A DNA stretch of 64,000 nt from the human T2T-CHM13v2.0 reference genome, Homo sapiens, in assembly GCF_009914755.1 (NCBI RefSeq), contig NC_060930.1, one strand, 5' to 3'. Position numbers and translations under genes: made by a program. The notes beneath the pieces were generated by a model. It saw nothing but the letters and a program-made list of their open reading frames with translations. It was not told the DNA's origin and made no database searches. Shown here in pieces: positions 41,308 through 58,600 of the stretch; position 1 is the first letter of the stretch; every line of letters starts with the position of its first letter.

Positions 41308-43708
41308 TTTTTGCCATTTGTATGTCTTTTGAGAAATGCCTACTTTTTGAGTGGATTATTAGATTTTTTTTCTAGAGTTGTTTGAGCTTCTTATATATGC
41401 TGGTTCTTAATCCCTTGTCAGTTGAGTAGTTTGCAAATAGTTTCTCCCATTCTGTGAGTTGTCTCTTCACTTTGTTGATTGTTTCCTTTGCTGTGCAGAA
41501 GATTTTTAACTTGATGTGATCCCATTTGTCCTTTTTTTCTTTGGTTGCCTGTGCTTGTTGGGGTATTGCTCAAGAAATTCTTGCCCAGGCCAATGTTTTG
41601 GTGATAATCTGCAATGTTTTCTTGTAGTTTTATTGTTTGAGGGCTTAGATTTAAGTTCTTAATCCATTTTGATTTTATTTTTATATATGGTGAGGGATAC
41701 AGGTATAGTTTCACTCTTCTGCATATGGATATCCAGTTTTCCCAGCGCCATTTATTGAAGAGACTGTTTCTCTTCCACCCCTACCCCACCCCCCAGTGTA
41801 TGTTCTTGGCACCTTTGTTGAAAATGAGTTCACTGTAGTTATATGGATTTGTTTTTGTTTTTGTTTTTTTTTATTCTGTTCCATTGGTCTATGTGTCTGT
41901 TTTCATGCCAGTACCATGCTGTTTGGGTTACTATAACTCTGTAGTATAATTTGAAGTCAGGAAATGTGATTCCTCCAGTTTTGTTATTTTTGCTTGAGAC
42001 AGATTTGGCTATTCTGAGTCTTTAGTGGTTCCATATAAATTTTAGCCTTGTGTTTTCTATTTCTGTGAAGAATGTCATTGGTATTTTGATAGGGCTGGCA
42101 TTGAATCTGTAGATTGCTTTGGGTAAAATGGACATTTTAACAATATTTGTTCTTCCAACCATGAACATAAAATATTTTTCCATTTGTTGTGTCCTCTTCG
42201 ATTTCTTTCATTAACATTTTATAATTTTCATTATAGAGACGTTTCACTTCTTTGGTTAATTCCTAAGTATTTAATCTTATGTGTGGCTATTGTAAATGGG
42301 ATTACTTTTTAATTTTTTTTCACATTGTTAACTGTTGACATACAGAAATGTTACTGATTTTCATATATTGATTTTGTATCCTTCAACTTTACTAGATTTG
42401 TTTATCAATTCTCATAGTTTTCTTGTGGAGTCTTTAGGTTTTTCCAAGTATAAAATCATATCATCTGCAAACAAGGATAATTTGACTTCTTCTTTTCCAA
42501 TTAGGATGCCCTTTATTTCTTTCTCGTGTATGATTGCTCCAGCTGGGACTTCCAGTACGATTTTAAATAACAGTTGTTAGAATGGACATCCTTGTCACGT
42601 TCTGGATCTTAGAGGAAAGTCTTTCAATTTTCCCCCATTTAGTGTGATACTAGTTTTGGTTCTGTCATATATAGATTTTATCATGTTGAGGTGTGTTCCT
42701 TCTATCTCCAGTTTATTGAGGGTTTTTATCAGGAAGGGATGTTGAATTTAATCAAATGCTTTTTCAGCATTAATGGAAATGCTAATATGTTTTTCATCCT
42801 TCATCCTGTTGATAAGATATATCACATTGATTGATTTGTGTATGTAGAACCATCATTGAATCACAGGGATAAATCCCACTTGGTTATGATGAAGGATCTT
42901 TCTAATGTTTTGTTGAATTCAATATGCTAGGATTTTGTTGAGGATTTTTGCACCAATAATCATGAAAGATATTGGTCTGTAGTTTTCTTTATTTTTTTGA
43001 TTCATCTTTGTCTGGTTGTGGTATCATAGTAATACTGGCCTTGTAGAATGAGTTTGGAAATATCCTGTGTTTTTTGGAATGGTTTGAGTACAATTGGTAT
43101 TAGTTCTTCTTTAAATGGTTGGTAGAATTCAGCAGCGAACCCATCAGGTTCTAGACTTTTCTTTACTCGAAGAGTTTTTATTAGGGCTTTGATCTCATTA
43201 CTTTTTATTGGTCTGCTCAGGTTTTGGATTTCTTCCTGGTTTAATTTTGGTAGGCTGTATGTGTCTAGGAATTTGTCCATTTCTTCTAGATTTTCTAATT
43301 TATTAGCATAATATTGCTCATAGTAGCCACTGATGACCCTTTGAATTTCTGTAGTATCATTTGTAATGTCTTCTTTTTCATTTCTGACTTTATTTATTTG
43401 TATCTTCTCTTTTCTTAGTCAGGCTAAAGGTTTGTGAATTTTGTTTAAGTTTTCATGAAACCAACTCTTTGTTTCATTGATCTTTTGTATTTTTTCATTT
43501 GAATTTCCTTTATTTCTGCTTCAATTTTTATTATTTCTTTCCATGCACTAATTTTGGATTTGGCTTTCTCTTGCTTTTCCAGTTCCTTAAAAAGCATTGT
43601 TAGATTATTCATTTGAAGTTTTTCCCTTTTTTGATGTAGACATTTATAGCTGTAAACTTCCCTCTAAGTACTGATTTTGATCTGTCCCATAGGTTTTGGT
43701 ATGTTGTG

Positions 43709-44055
43709 TGATATGGGTTGGCTCTGCATCCCCACCCAAATCTCACCTTGAATTGTAGTAATCCTCATATGTCATGGTAGGGATTTGGTGGGAGGGAATT
43801 GAATAATGGTGGGGCAGGTCTCGTGATAGTGAACAAGTCTCACAAGATCTAATGATTTTATAAAGGGGAGTTCCCCTGCAAATCCTCTCTTGCCTGCCGC
43901 CATGTAAGACATGACTTTGCTCTTCCTTCACCTTCCACAATGATTTTGAGGCCTCCCCAGCCAGGCTGAACTGTGAGTCAATTAAATCTCTTTCCTTTAC
44001 AAATTACCCGGTCTCAGGTATGTTTTTATTAGCACCGTGAGAACGGACTAATACA
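43709..44055 (+). mobile_element. THE1B/C-like MaLR solo LTR
   Basis: tgatatggg...gactaataca; TSD ttgtg/ttgtt (4/5). Confidence 0.9.
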
Positions 44056-46723
44056 TTGTTTTCTTCATTATCATTTGTTTCAGAGAGTTTTTCAGTTTCC
44101 ATCTTAATTTCCTCATTGGCCCACAGGTCATTTAAAAGCATATTGTTCAATTTCCATGTATTTGTATGGTTTCCAAAATACTCTTGTTATTAATTTCTAG
44201 TTTTATTCCATTGTGGTCAGAGAAGCTGCATGATATTATTTCATTTTTTAAAAAAGTCAAAAAACATTTTGAGACTTGTTTTGTGACCTAACATATAGTC
44301 GATCCTTCTGAATGATCCATGTGCTGAGAAAAGAATGTGTATTCTGCAGCTCTTGGATGAAATGTTCTGTAAATATTTATTAAATCCATTTGGCCCATAG
44401 TGCAGATTCACTCTGACTTTTTTGTTGATTTTTTTTTTCTTTATTTCTTCTAAAAACGAAAAAGGGATATATGTGCAGAACATACAGGTTTGTTACATAG
44501 GTATATGTGTCCCATGGTGGTTTGCTGTACCTATTGAGCCATCGTCTAAGTTCCCTCCCCTCATCCTCCACCACCCAACAGGCCCTGGTGTGTGTTGTTC
44601 CCCTCTCTGTGTCCATGAGTTCTGAATGTTCAACTCCCACTTATGAGTGAGAACATGTGGTGTTTAGTTTTCTGTTCCTGTGTTAGTTTGCTAAGCATGA
44701 TGGCTTCCAGCTTCATCCATGTCCCTGCAGAGGACTTGATCTCATTCCTTTTTATGACAGCATAGTATTCCCTGGTGTATATGTTCCGTGGTGTATGTAT
44801 ATGTTCTTTATCCAGTCTGTCATTGATGAGCATTTGGGTTGGTTCCTTGTCTTTGCTATTGTAAATAGTGTTGCAATAAACATATGTGTGCATGTGTCTT
44901 TATAGCAGAATGATTTATATCACTTTGGGTATATACCCAGTAATGAGATTGGTGGGTCAAGTGGTATTTCTGTTTCTAGTCCTTGAGGAACCACGATACA
45001 GTCTTCCACAATGGTTGAACTATTTTACACTCCCACCAACAGTGTAAAAGTGTTTCTATTTCTCCACAGCCTCACCAGCATCTATTGCTTCCTGACTTTG
45101 TAATAATCACCATTCTGACTGGCATGAGATGGTATCTCATTGTGGTTTTGATTTTCTTTTCTCTGATGATCAGTGATGTTGAGCTGTTTTTCATATGTTT
45201 CTTGGCCACGTAAATGTCTTCTTTTGAGTAGTGTCTGTTTATATTCTTCACCCATTTATTGAAGGTTTTTTTTTCTTGTAAGCTTGTTTAAGTTCCTTGT
45301 AAATTCTGGATATTAGACCTTTGTCAGATGGGTAGATTGCAAAAATTTTCTCCCATTCTATAGGTTGCCTGTTGACTCTGATGACAGTTTCTTTTGCTGT
45401 GCAGACGCTCTTTAGTTTAATTTGATCTTATTTGTCAATTTTGGCTTTTGTTGAAATTGCTTTTGGCATTTTTGTCATGAAGTCTTTGCCATGCTTATGT
45501 CCTGAATGGTATTGCCTACGTTTTCTTCTAGGGTTTTTTGGTTTTTACATTTAATTCTTTTATCCATCCTGACTTAATTTTTGTATAAGGTGTAAGGAAG
45601 GGGTCTAGTTTCAGTTTTTTTGTGTATGGCTAACCAGTTTTCCTCGCACCATTTACTGAATAAGAGATCCTTTCCCTGTTCCTTGTTTGTGTCAGGTTTG
45701 TCAAAGATCAGATGGTTGTAGATGTGTGGCGTTATTTCTGAGGTCTCTGTTCTGCTGCATTGGTCTATATGTCTGTTTTGGTACCAGTACCATGCTGTTT
45801 TGGTTACTGTAGTCTTGTAGTATAGTTTGAAGTCAGGTAGCGTGATGCTTCCAGCTTTGTTCTTTTTGCTTAGGATTGTCCTGGCTATATGGGGTCTTCT
45901 TTGATTCCATATGAGATTTAAAATAGATTTTTTGTACTTCTGTGAAAAATGTCAATTGTAGTTTGATGGGAATAGCATCAAATCTAAAAATTACTTTGAG
46001 TAACATGGCCATTTTTACAATATTGATTCTTCCTATCTATGAGCATGGAATGTTTTCCCATTTGCTTGTGTCCTCTCCTATTTCCTTGAGCAGTGATTTG
46101 TAGTTCTCCTTGAACAGGTCCTTCACATTGCTTGTAAATTGTATTCCTAGGTATTTTATTCTCTTTGTAGCAATAGTGAATGAGAGCTCATTCATGATTT
46201 CACTGCCTGCTTGTCTAATGTTGGTGTGAAGGAATGCTTGTGATTTTTGTACATTGATTTTGTATCCTGAGACTTTGCTGAAGTTACTTATCAATTCAAG
46301 AAGTTTTTGGGCTTACATGATGGGATTTTCTAAATATAAAATCATGTCATCTGCAAACAGAGACAACTTGGCTTCCTCTCTTTCTATTTGAATACACTTT
46401 ATTTCTTTTTGTTGCCGGTTTGCTCTGGCCAGAGTTTCCAATACTATGTTAAATAGGAGTGGTGAGAGAGGGCATCCTTGTCTTTTACTAGTTATCTTTT
46501 TTTAAAAATTTTATTATTATTATACTTTAAGTTTTAGGGTACATGTGCACAAAGTGCAGGCTTGTTACGTATGTATACATGTGCCAGGTTGGTGTGCTGC
46601 ACCCACTAACTCATCATTTAGCATTAGGTATACCTCCTAATGCTATCCCTTCCCCCTCCCCCCACCCCATAACAGTCCCCGGTGTGTGATGTTCCCCTTC
46701 CTGTGTCCAGGTGTTCTCATTGT

Positions 46724-50545
<3,822 letters not shown>

Positions 50546-50608
50546 TATGATTTTAGCTGGTTATTTTGCTCATTAATTGATGCAGTTTCTTCCTATCCTT
50601 GATGATCT

Positions 50609-51622
50609 TTACAATGTGGCATGTTTTTGCAGTGTCTGGTACCGGTTGTTCCTTTCCATGTTTAGTGCCTCCTTCAGGAGCTCTTTTAGGGCAGGCCTGG
50701 TGGTGACAAAATCTCTCATCATTTGCTTGTCTGTAAAGGATTTTATTTCTCCTTCACTTATGAAGCTTAGTTTGGCTGGATATGAAATTCTGGGTTGAAA
50801 ATTCTTTTCTTTAAGAATGTTGAATATTGACCCCCACTCTCTTCTGGCTTGTAGAGTTTCTGCCAAAAGATCAGCTGTTAGTCTGATGGGCTTCCCTTTG
50901 TGGGTAACCCGACCTTTCTCTCTGGCTGCCCTTAACATTTTTTTCCTTCATTTCAACTTTGGTGAATCTGACAGTTTTGTGTCTTGGAGATGCTCTTCTC
51001 AAGGAGTATCTTTGTGGTGTTCTTTGTATTTCCTGAATTTGAATGTTGGCCTGCCTTGCTATATTGGGGAAGTTCTCCTGGATAATATCCTGCAGAGTGT
51101 TTTCCAACTTGATTCCATTCTCCCCGTCACTTTCAGGTACACCAATCAGACATAGATTTGGTCTTTTCACATAGTCCCATATTTCTTGGAGGCTTTGTTC
51201 GTTTCTTTTTATTCTTTTTTCTCTAAACTTCTCTTCTCACTTCATTTCATTTATTTCATCTTCCATTGCTGATACCCTTTCTTCCAGTTGATCGCATCAG
51301 CTAAGGCTTTTGCATCTGTCACATAGTTCTCATGCTGTGGTTTTCCGTTCCATCAGTTCCTTTAAGGACTTCTCTGCATTGGTTATTCTAGTTAGCCATT
51401 CGTCTAATTTTTTTCAAGGTTTTTAACTTCTTTGCCATTGGTTCAAACTTCCTCCTTTAGCTCAGAGTAGTTTGATCTTCTGAAGCCTTCTTTTCTCAAC
51501 TCATCAAAGTCATTCTCCATCCAGCTTTGTTCTGTTGTTGGTGAGGAGCTTCGTTCCTTTGGAGGAGGAGAGGCTCTCTGATATTTAGAGTTTCTGGTTT
51601 TTCTGCTCTCTTTTTTCCCCAT
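50609..51622 (-). pseudogene. L1 ORF1p, disrupted
   Basis: ATG at 51622 (MGKK...); pieces KRPNLCLIGVPESDGENG and MLRAAREKGRVTHKGKPIRLTADL...QKHATL* lie in different frames. Confidence 0.92.
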
Positions 51623-52668
51623 CTTTGTGGTTTTATCTACCTTTGGTCTTTGATGATGGTGACGTACAGATGGGGTTTTGTTGTGGATGTCCTTTCTGTT
51701 TGTTGGTTTTCCTTGTAACAGTCAGGACCCTCAGCTGCAGGTCTGTTGGAGTTTGCTGGAGGTCCACTCCAGACCCTGATTGCCTGGGTATCAGCAGTGG
51801 AGGCTGCAGAACAGCGGATATTGGTGAACCACAAATCCTGCTGCCTGATTGTTCCTCTGGAAGTTTTGTGTCAGATGAGTACTCGGCCATGTGAGGTGTC
51901 AGTCTGCCCCTACTGGGGGGTGCCTCCCAGTTAGGCTACTCGGGGGTCAGAGACCCACTTGAGCAGGCAGCCTGTCCATTCTCAGATCTCAAGCTGCGTG
52001 CTGGGAGAACTGCTACTCTCTTCAAAGCTGTCAGACAGGGACATTTAAGTCTGCAGAGGTTACTGCTGCCTTTTGTTTGTCTGTGCCCTGCCCCCAGAGG
52101 TGGAGCCTACAGAGGCAGGAAGGCCTCCTTGAGCTGTGGTGGGCTCCACCCAGTTCGAGCTTCCCAGCCACTTTGTTTACCTACTGAAGCCTCGGCAATG
52201 GTGGGCGCCCTTCCCCCAGCCTCGCTGCTGCCTTGCAGTTTGATCTCAGCCTGCAGTTTGATCTCAGACTGCTGTGCTAGCAATGAGCGAGGCTCTGTGG
52301 GCATAGGACCCTCCCAGCCATGTGTGGGATATAATCTCCTGGTGTGCCATTTGTTAAGCCCATTGGAAAAGTGCAGTGTTAGGGTGGGAGTGTCCCGATT
52401 TTCCAGGTGCCATCTGTCACCCCTTTCTTTGACTAGGAAAGGGAATTCCCTGACCCCTTGCAGTTCCCGGGTGAGGTGATGCCTCTCCCTGCTTCAGCTC
52501 ATGCATGATGTGCTGCACCCACTGTCCTGCACCCACTGCCTGGCACTCCCCAGTGAGATGAACTAGGTACCTCAGTTGGAAATGCAGAAGTCACCCATCT
52601 TCTGCATCGCTCACGCTGGGAGCTGTAGACTGGAGCTGTTCCTATTCAGCCATCTTGGCTCCAGCCCA
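51623..52668 (-). promoter_or_regulatory. L1PA3/4 5' UTR (sense and antisense promoter) with YY1-type site and 129-bp ZNF93-bound segment
   Basis: YY1-type caagatggctg on minus strand at 52647-52657 (CpG decayed); extra segment ~51751-51879 between gttggag and tactcggcc; many CpGs mutated. Confidence 0.8.
52198..52479 (+). CDS. ORF0: L1 antisense ORF0 homologue, open, 93 aa
   Basis: gcaATGg context; MVGALPPASLLPCSLISACSLISDCCASNERGSVGIGPSQP...VRVGVSRFSRC matches recalled ORF0p (MAGAPPPASLPPCSLISDCCASNQRDSVGVGPSEP...); expression unknown. Confidence 0.6.
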   Translation: MVGALPPASLLPCSLISACSLISDCCASNERGSVGIGPSQPCVGYNLLVCHLLSPLEKCSVRVGVSRFSRCHLSPLSLTRKGNSLTPCSSRVR

Positions 52669-55600
52669 TCTTTTACTAGTTTTCCAAGCGTATGATATTG
52701 GCTGTGGGTTTTCATAAATAGCTCTTACTTATGAATATCAATATCTAGTTTATTGAGAGTTCCATCAATATCTAGTTTCTGAGAGTTTTTAATGAAGCGA
52801 TGTTGAATTTTATCAAAGGCCTTTTCTGCATCTATGGAGATAATCATGTGGTTTTTTCCTTTGGTTCTGTTTATGTGGTGGATTATGTTTATTGATTTGC
52901 ATATGTTGAATCAGCCTTGCATACCAGGGATGAAGCTGACTTGATCATGGTGGATAAGTTTTTTGATGTGCTGCTGTATTCGGTTTGCCAGTATTTTATT
53001 GAGGATTTTTGCACTGATGTTCATCAGGGATACTGGCCTGAAGTTTTCCCTTTTTGTTGTGTGTCTTTCTGGTTTTGGTATCAGGACGATGCTGGCTTCA
53101 TAAAATGAGTTAGAGAGGAGTCCCTCCTTTTCAATTATTTGGAATAGTTTCAGAAGGTATGGTACCATCTCCTGTTTGTATTTCTGATAGAATTCAGCTG
53201 TGAATCCATCTGGTCCTGGGCTTTTTATGATTGGTAGACTATTAATTACTTCTTCAATTTCAGAACTTGTTATTGGTCTATCCAGGGATTCAACTTCTCT
53301 CTGGTTTAGTCTTGGTAGGGTGTACACATTCAGCAATTTATCCATTTCTTCTAGATTTTCTAGTTTATTTGCATAGAGGTGTTTAGTATTCTCTGATGGT
53401 GCTTGGTATTTCTGTGGGATCAGTGGTGATATCCCCTTTATCATTTTATTGTGTCTATTTGATTCTCCTCTCTCTTATTAGTCTAGCTAGTGGTCTATTT
53501 TGTTATTATTATTTTTTTTAAACAGCTCCTGGATTTGTTGATTTTTTGGAGGGTTTTTCGTGTCTCTCCTTCAATTCTGCTCTGATCTTAGTTATTTCTT
53601 ATCTTCTGCTAGCTTTTGGATTCAATTTCTCTTGCCTCTCTAGCTCTTTTAATTGTGATGTTAGGGTGTCAATTTTAGATCTTTCCAGCTTTCTGATGTG
53701 GGCGTTTAGTGCTATAAATTTCCCTCTTAACACTGCTTTAGCTGTGTTTAGAGATTCTGGTATGTTGTCTCTTTGTTCTCATTGGCTTCAAAGAACTTCT
53801 TGATTTATGCGTTAATTTCATTATTTACCTATGAGTCATTCAGGAGCAGGTTGTTCTATTTCCATGAAATTGTGTGGTTTTAGGTGAGATTCTTAATCCT
53901 GACTTCTAATTTGATTGCAGTGTGGTCTGAGAGACTGTCATAATCTCAGTTCTTTTTCATTTGCTGAGGAGTTTTACTTCCAACTATGTGGTTGATTGTA
54001 GAATAAGTGCCATGTGGCACTGAGAAAAAATATATATTCTATTGATTTGGGGTAGAGAGTTCCAAAGACATCTACTAGGTCTACTTGATCCATAGCTGAG
54101 TTCAAGTCCTGAATATCCTTGTTAATTTTCTGTCTCATTGATCTGTCTAATACCGACAATGGGGAGTTAAAGTCTTCCACTATCACTGTGTGGGAGTCTA
54201 AGTCTCTTTGTAGGTCTCTGAGAACTTGTTTCATGAATTCGAGTGCTCCAGTATTGGTTGCATATATACTCACAATAGTTAGCTAATCTCGTTGAATTCT
54301 TCCCTTTACCATTATGTAATGCCCTTCTTTGTCCTTTTTGATCTTTGTTGATTTAAAATCTGAACCCCTGCTTTTTTTTGCTTTCCATTTGCTTGGTAAG
54401 TTTTCCTCTACCTCTTTATTTTGAGCCTATATGTGTCTTTGCATGTATGATGGGTCTCCTGACTACAACACACCAATGGGTCTTGACTCCTTATTCAATT
54501 TGCCAGTCTGTGTATTTTAATTGGGGCATTTAACCCATTTATATGGAAGGTTAGTATTGTTATGTGTGAATTTGATCCTGTCATCATAATGCTATTTGGT
54601 TATTTTGCATACTAGTTGATGCAGTTTCTCCATAATATCATTGGTCTTTATATTTTGGTGTGTTTTTGCAGTGGCTGGTACAAGCTTATCCTTTCCATAT
54701 TTAGTGCTTCTTTCAGGAGCTCTTGTAGGGCAGGCCTAGTGGTAACAAAATCCCTCAGCATTTGCTTGTCTAAACAGGATTTTATTTTTTCTTCGCTTAT
54801 GAAGCTTAGTTTGGCTGGATATGAAATTCGGGTTGAAAATTCTTCTCTTTAAGAATGTTGAATATTGGCCCCCAATCCCTTCTGAGTTTCTGCTGAGAGG
54901 TCTGCCGTTAGTCTGATGGGCTTTGTATGTGACCTGGTCTTTCTCTCTGGCTGCCCTTAACAGTTCTTCCTTCATTTTGACTTTGGAGAATCTGATGATT
55001 ATGTATCTTGGGGTTGATCTTCTTGTGGAGTATCTTAATGGTGTTGTCTGTATTTCCTGAATTTGTATGTTGGCCTGTCTTTCTATGTTGGGGAAGTTCT
55101 CCTGGATAATATCCTGGAGTGTGTTTTCCAGCTTGTTTCCATTCTTCCCATCTCCTATTGGTACTCCAATCAATCATAGGTTAGATCTTTTTATGAAGTC
55201 CCATATTTCTTAGAGGCTTTGTTCATTCCTTTTCATTCTTTTTTCTTTACTCTTGTCTGCATTTCTCATTTCAGTAAGGTGATCTTCAAACACTGATATC
55301 CTTTATTTCACTTGGTCGATTCAGCTGTTGATACTTGTGTATGCTTCATGAAGTTCTTGTACTATGTTTTTCAGCTCCATCAGGTCATTGATGTTCCTCT
55401 CTAAACTGGTTATTCTAGTTAGCAATTCCTCGAACCTTTTATCGAAGTTCTTAGCTTCTCTGCATTGGGTTAGAACATTCTACTTTAGCTCATCGTAGTT
55501 TTTTATTACTCATCTTCTGAAGCCTACTTCTGTCAATTCATCTATCTGATCCTCTGTGCAGTTCTGCGCCCTTGATGCAGGGATGCTGCAATCATTTGGA

Positions 55601-58600
55601 GGAGAGGAGGCACTCCAGGCTTCTGGGTTTTCAGCACTTTTTTCGTGGATTCTTCCTCATCTTCATGAGTTTGTCTAGTTTTGGTCTTTGAGGCTGCTTA
55701 CCCTTGATGGGGTTTTTGTGAGGGACTTTTGTTGTTGTTGTTGTTGATGCATTGTTACCACTTTCCACTTGCTTGTTTTTGTTTCAATAGTCAGGTCCCT
55801 CTTCTGCAGGGCTGCTGCAGTTTGCTGGGGGTTCACTTCAGGTCCTGTTCATCTGATTTGCTTCTGTGCCTGGAGACATCATTCAAGAGGCTGGAGAGCA
55901 GTAAAAATGGGTGCCAGCACCTTTTCTGTGACTTCTGACCTTGATGGGCACCAGCCTGATGCCAGTAGGATTGCTCCTGTATAGGGTATCTGACAACCCT
56001 TGTTGGAGTGTCTCACCCAGTTGGGTGGCACAGGGAGCAGGACCTGTTTAACGAAGCACTTTGTCCCTTGATGGAGAGGGCATGTTTCGCTGGGGGAAAA
56101 CCCACTCATCTGGGCTGCCCGGATTCCTCAGAACTACCAGGAGGAGAGGCTAAGTCTGCTGGTCTGCAGAGACTGTGGCCACCCCTTCCCCTAGGGGCAC
56201 TGGCCAAGGGAAATCTGAATTCTGTCCCTGAACCTCTGGCTGGAATTATTGGAGATCCTGTGAGGAAGCCCCACTCACTGAGAAAGGATGAATCAGGGTT
56301 AGACCTGAGGAGGCACTCTGGTGGCAGACTGCCACAGCTGGTGTCATGGGCTGTAGGAACAAATCTTGGGACCAAGCCATCCAGCCTCCCTGGCTCCAGC
56401 AGGGGAAAAGTGCAACCTGAAGCTGCAGAAATGGGTGCTGCCCTTTCCTGCCCAGGGAGCTTAGAATGTTAGGCAGTTGAGAGTCCCAGTGCTGGCTGCT
56501 GCCCCTCCCCCAAGCAGCTCGAAGGGCTTAGACAGCAGGCAGTGGTGGCTGGCTCTGGTCACCCCTCCTCCAGCAGTTTGGTGGGCTTAGGCAGATTCCA
56601 GCTGAGAGGCTGCAAGAATCTGTGCGTTCCACGTTTGGGATACTAGGTCCTGGTGATGTGGGTTCACAAGTGGGATCTTCCAGTCCATGGGTTGTACAGT
56701 TCCATGTAAAAAGCACAGTTTCCCCACTGGGTAGTGTGCTCACTCACTGCCTCCCTTGGCTGGGGCTAGGGAGCTCCCCTTCCCCTTGTGGCTTTCAGGT
56801 GGGCTGCCACACCACACTGTTCTTCCTTCTCTCCATGGGTCACACCAGCCTTCTGGTCAATTTTGATGAGAGAACCTGGATACCTTGTTTGGCGTCTGGA
56901 ATATCTGTCCAATGCTGAAAGTAGGCTGTTGAAATCTTCAGCTATTGTGTTGGGGCCCATCTTTCTAGTTAGCTTTAATAATATTTACTTTATATAGCTG
57001 TGTGCTCCAGTTTGGGTGCATACATATTAAAATTATGTCCTCTAGCTGAATTGATACCTTTATCATTATATAGTGGCATTCTTTCTCTTTTCTTAGAGTT
57101 TCTGTCTTGATGTCTATTTTACCTGATATACGCTTAGCAATTCCTGCTCTTTTTTGATTTTTATTCACATGGAACATCTTTTTTTATCCCTTTATTTTCA
57201 GTCTTTGTGTATCTTTATAGGTGAAGTGTGTTTTTTCTGGGCAACAGATAAATGGTTCTTATTTTTTCATTTATTCAGCCAGTCTATGTCTTTTGATTGG
57301 ATAGTTTAGTCTATTTACATTTAATGTTATTATTGATAAGTAAGGACTTACTCCTGCCATTTTATTATTGTTTTCTGGTTTTCTCTTCCTTGTTTGGTTC
57401 TTTCTTGTCTTCTTCTAGTGAAGGTGATTTTCTCTGGTGATATGATATAGTTTCTTGCTTTTTATTTTTTGTGTGTCCATTGTGTGTTTTTTGGTTTGAG
57501 GTTACCATGAAGCTTGCAAATGCTATACAACCCATTATTTTAACCTGATAACAACTTAACAACTATTTGTATAAACAAACAAGCAAAAAGAAAACTAATA
57601 AAAACTATGTCTTTACTTGGTCAGCCTGCTTTTAAATGTTTTTTTGTTTCTACTTATATCTTATTGTACTATGTCTTGAAAGATTGTTGTAGTTATTATT
57701 TTTGTTTGGTTCATTGTTTAGTCTTTCTACTTAGGATAAGAGTAGTTTACACACCACAGTTACATTGTTATAATATTCTGTGTTTTTCTGTGTATTTACC
57801 ACTCTTTAATGTCCTTTTCTTTCTGATTGAAATACTCCCTTTAATTGTCCTGCATTTTTTGTAGGACAATTCTTGTATTGATGAAATCCCTCAGCTCTTG
57901 TTTGTCAGGGAAAGTATTTCTCCTTCATGTTTGTTGGATATTTTCACTGGATACACTATTCTAGATTAAAGTTTTTTTTTTTCCTTCAGCACTTTAAAAA
58001 TGTCCTGCCACTCTCTCATGGCCTGTAAGGTTTCCACTGAAAAGTCTGCCACCAAATGTATCAGAGTTCCAATATCTGTTATTTATTTCTTTTCTCTTGC
58101 TACTTTTAGGATCCTTTCTTTATGCTTGATCTTTGGGTGTTTGATATTAAATGCCTTGAGATAGTCTTCCTTGGTGTTCTATAACCTTCTTGTACTTGGA
58201 TATTAATATCTTTCTCTAGGTTTGGGAAGTTCTCTTTTATTATCCCTTTGAATAAACTTTAGACCTTCTCTTTCTCTACCTCTTGTTTAAGGCCAATAAC
58301 TCTTAGATTTGCCCTTTTGAGTCTATTTCCTAGATTCTGTAGGCATGCTTCCTTGTTTTTTATTCCTTTTCTTTTGTCTCCTCTGTCTGTGTATGTTCAA
58401 ATAGCCCATCTTCAGGCTCACTAATTCTTTCTTCTGCTTGATGCATTCTGCTATTAAAGGACTCTGATGCTTTCTTCATTATGCTAATTGCATTTTTCAG
58501 CTCCAGAATTTCTGCCTGATTCTTTCTAATTATTTTAGTATCTTTGTTAAATTTATGTGATATAATTCTGAATTCTTTCTCTGTGTTACGTTTAATTTCT

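Noticed and set aside
56008-56472. 154-aa plus-strand ORF
   Set aside because: Lies antisense in the GC-rich L1PA8 5' UTR, where stops are rare; not clearly ORF0-like.
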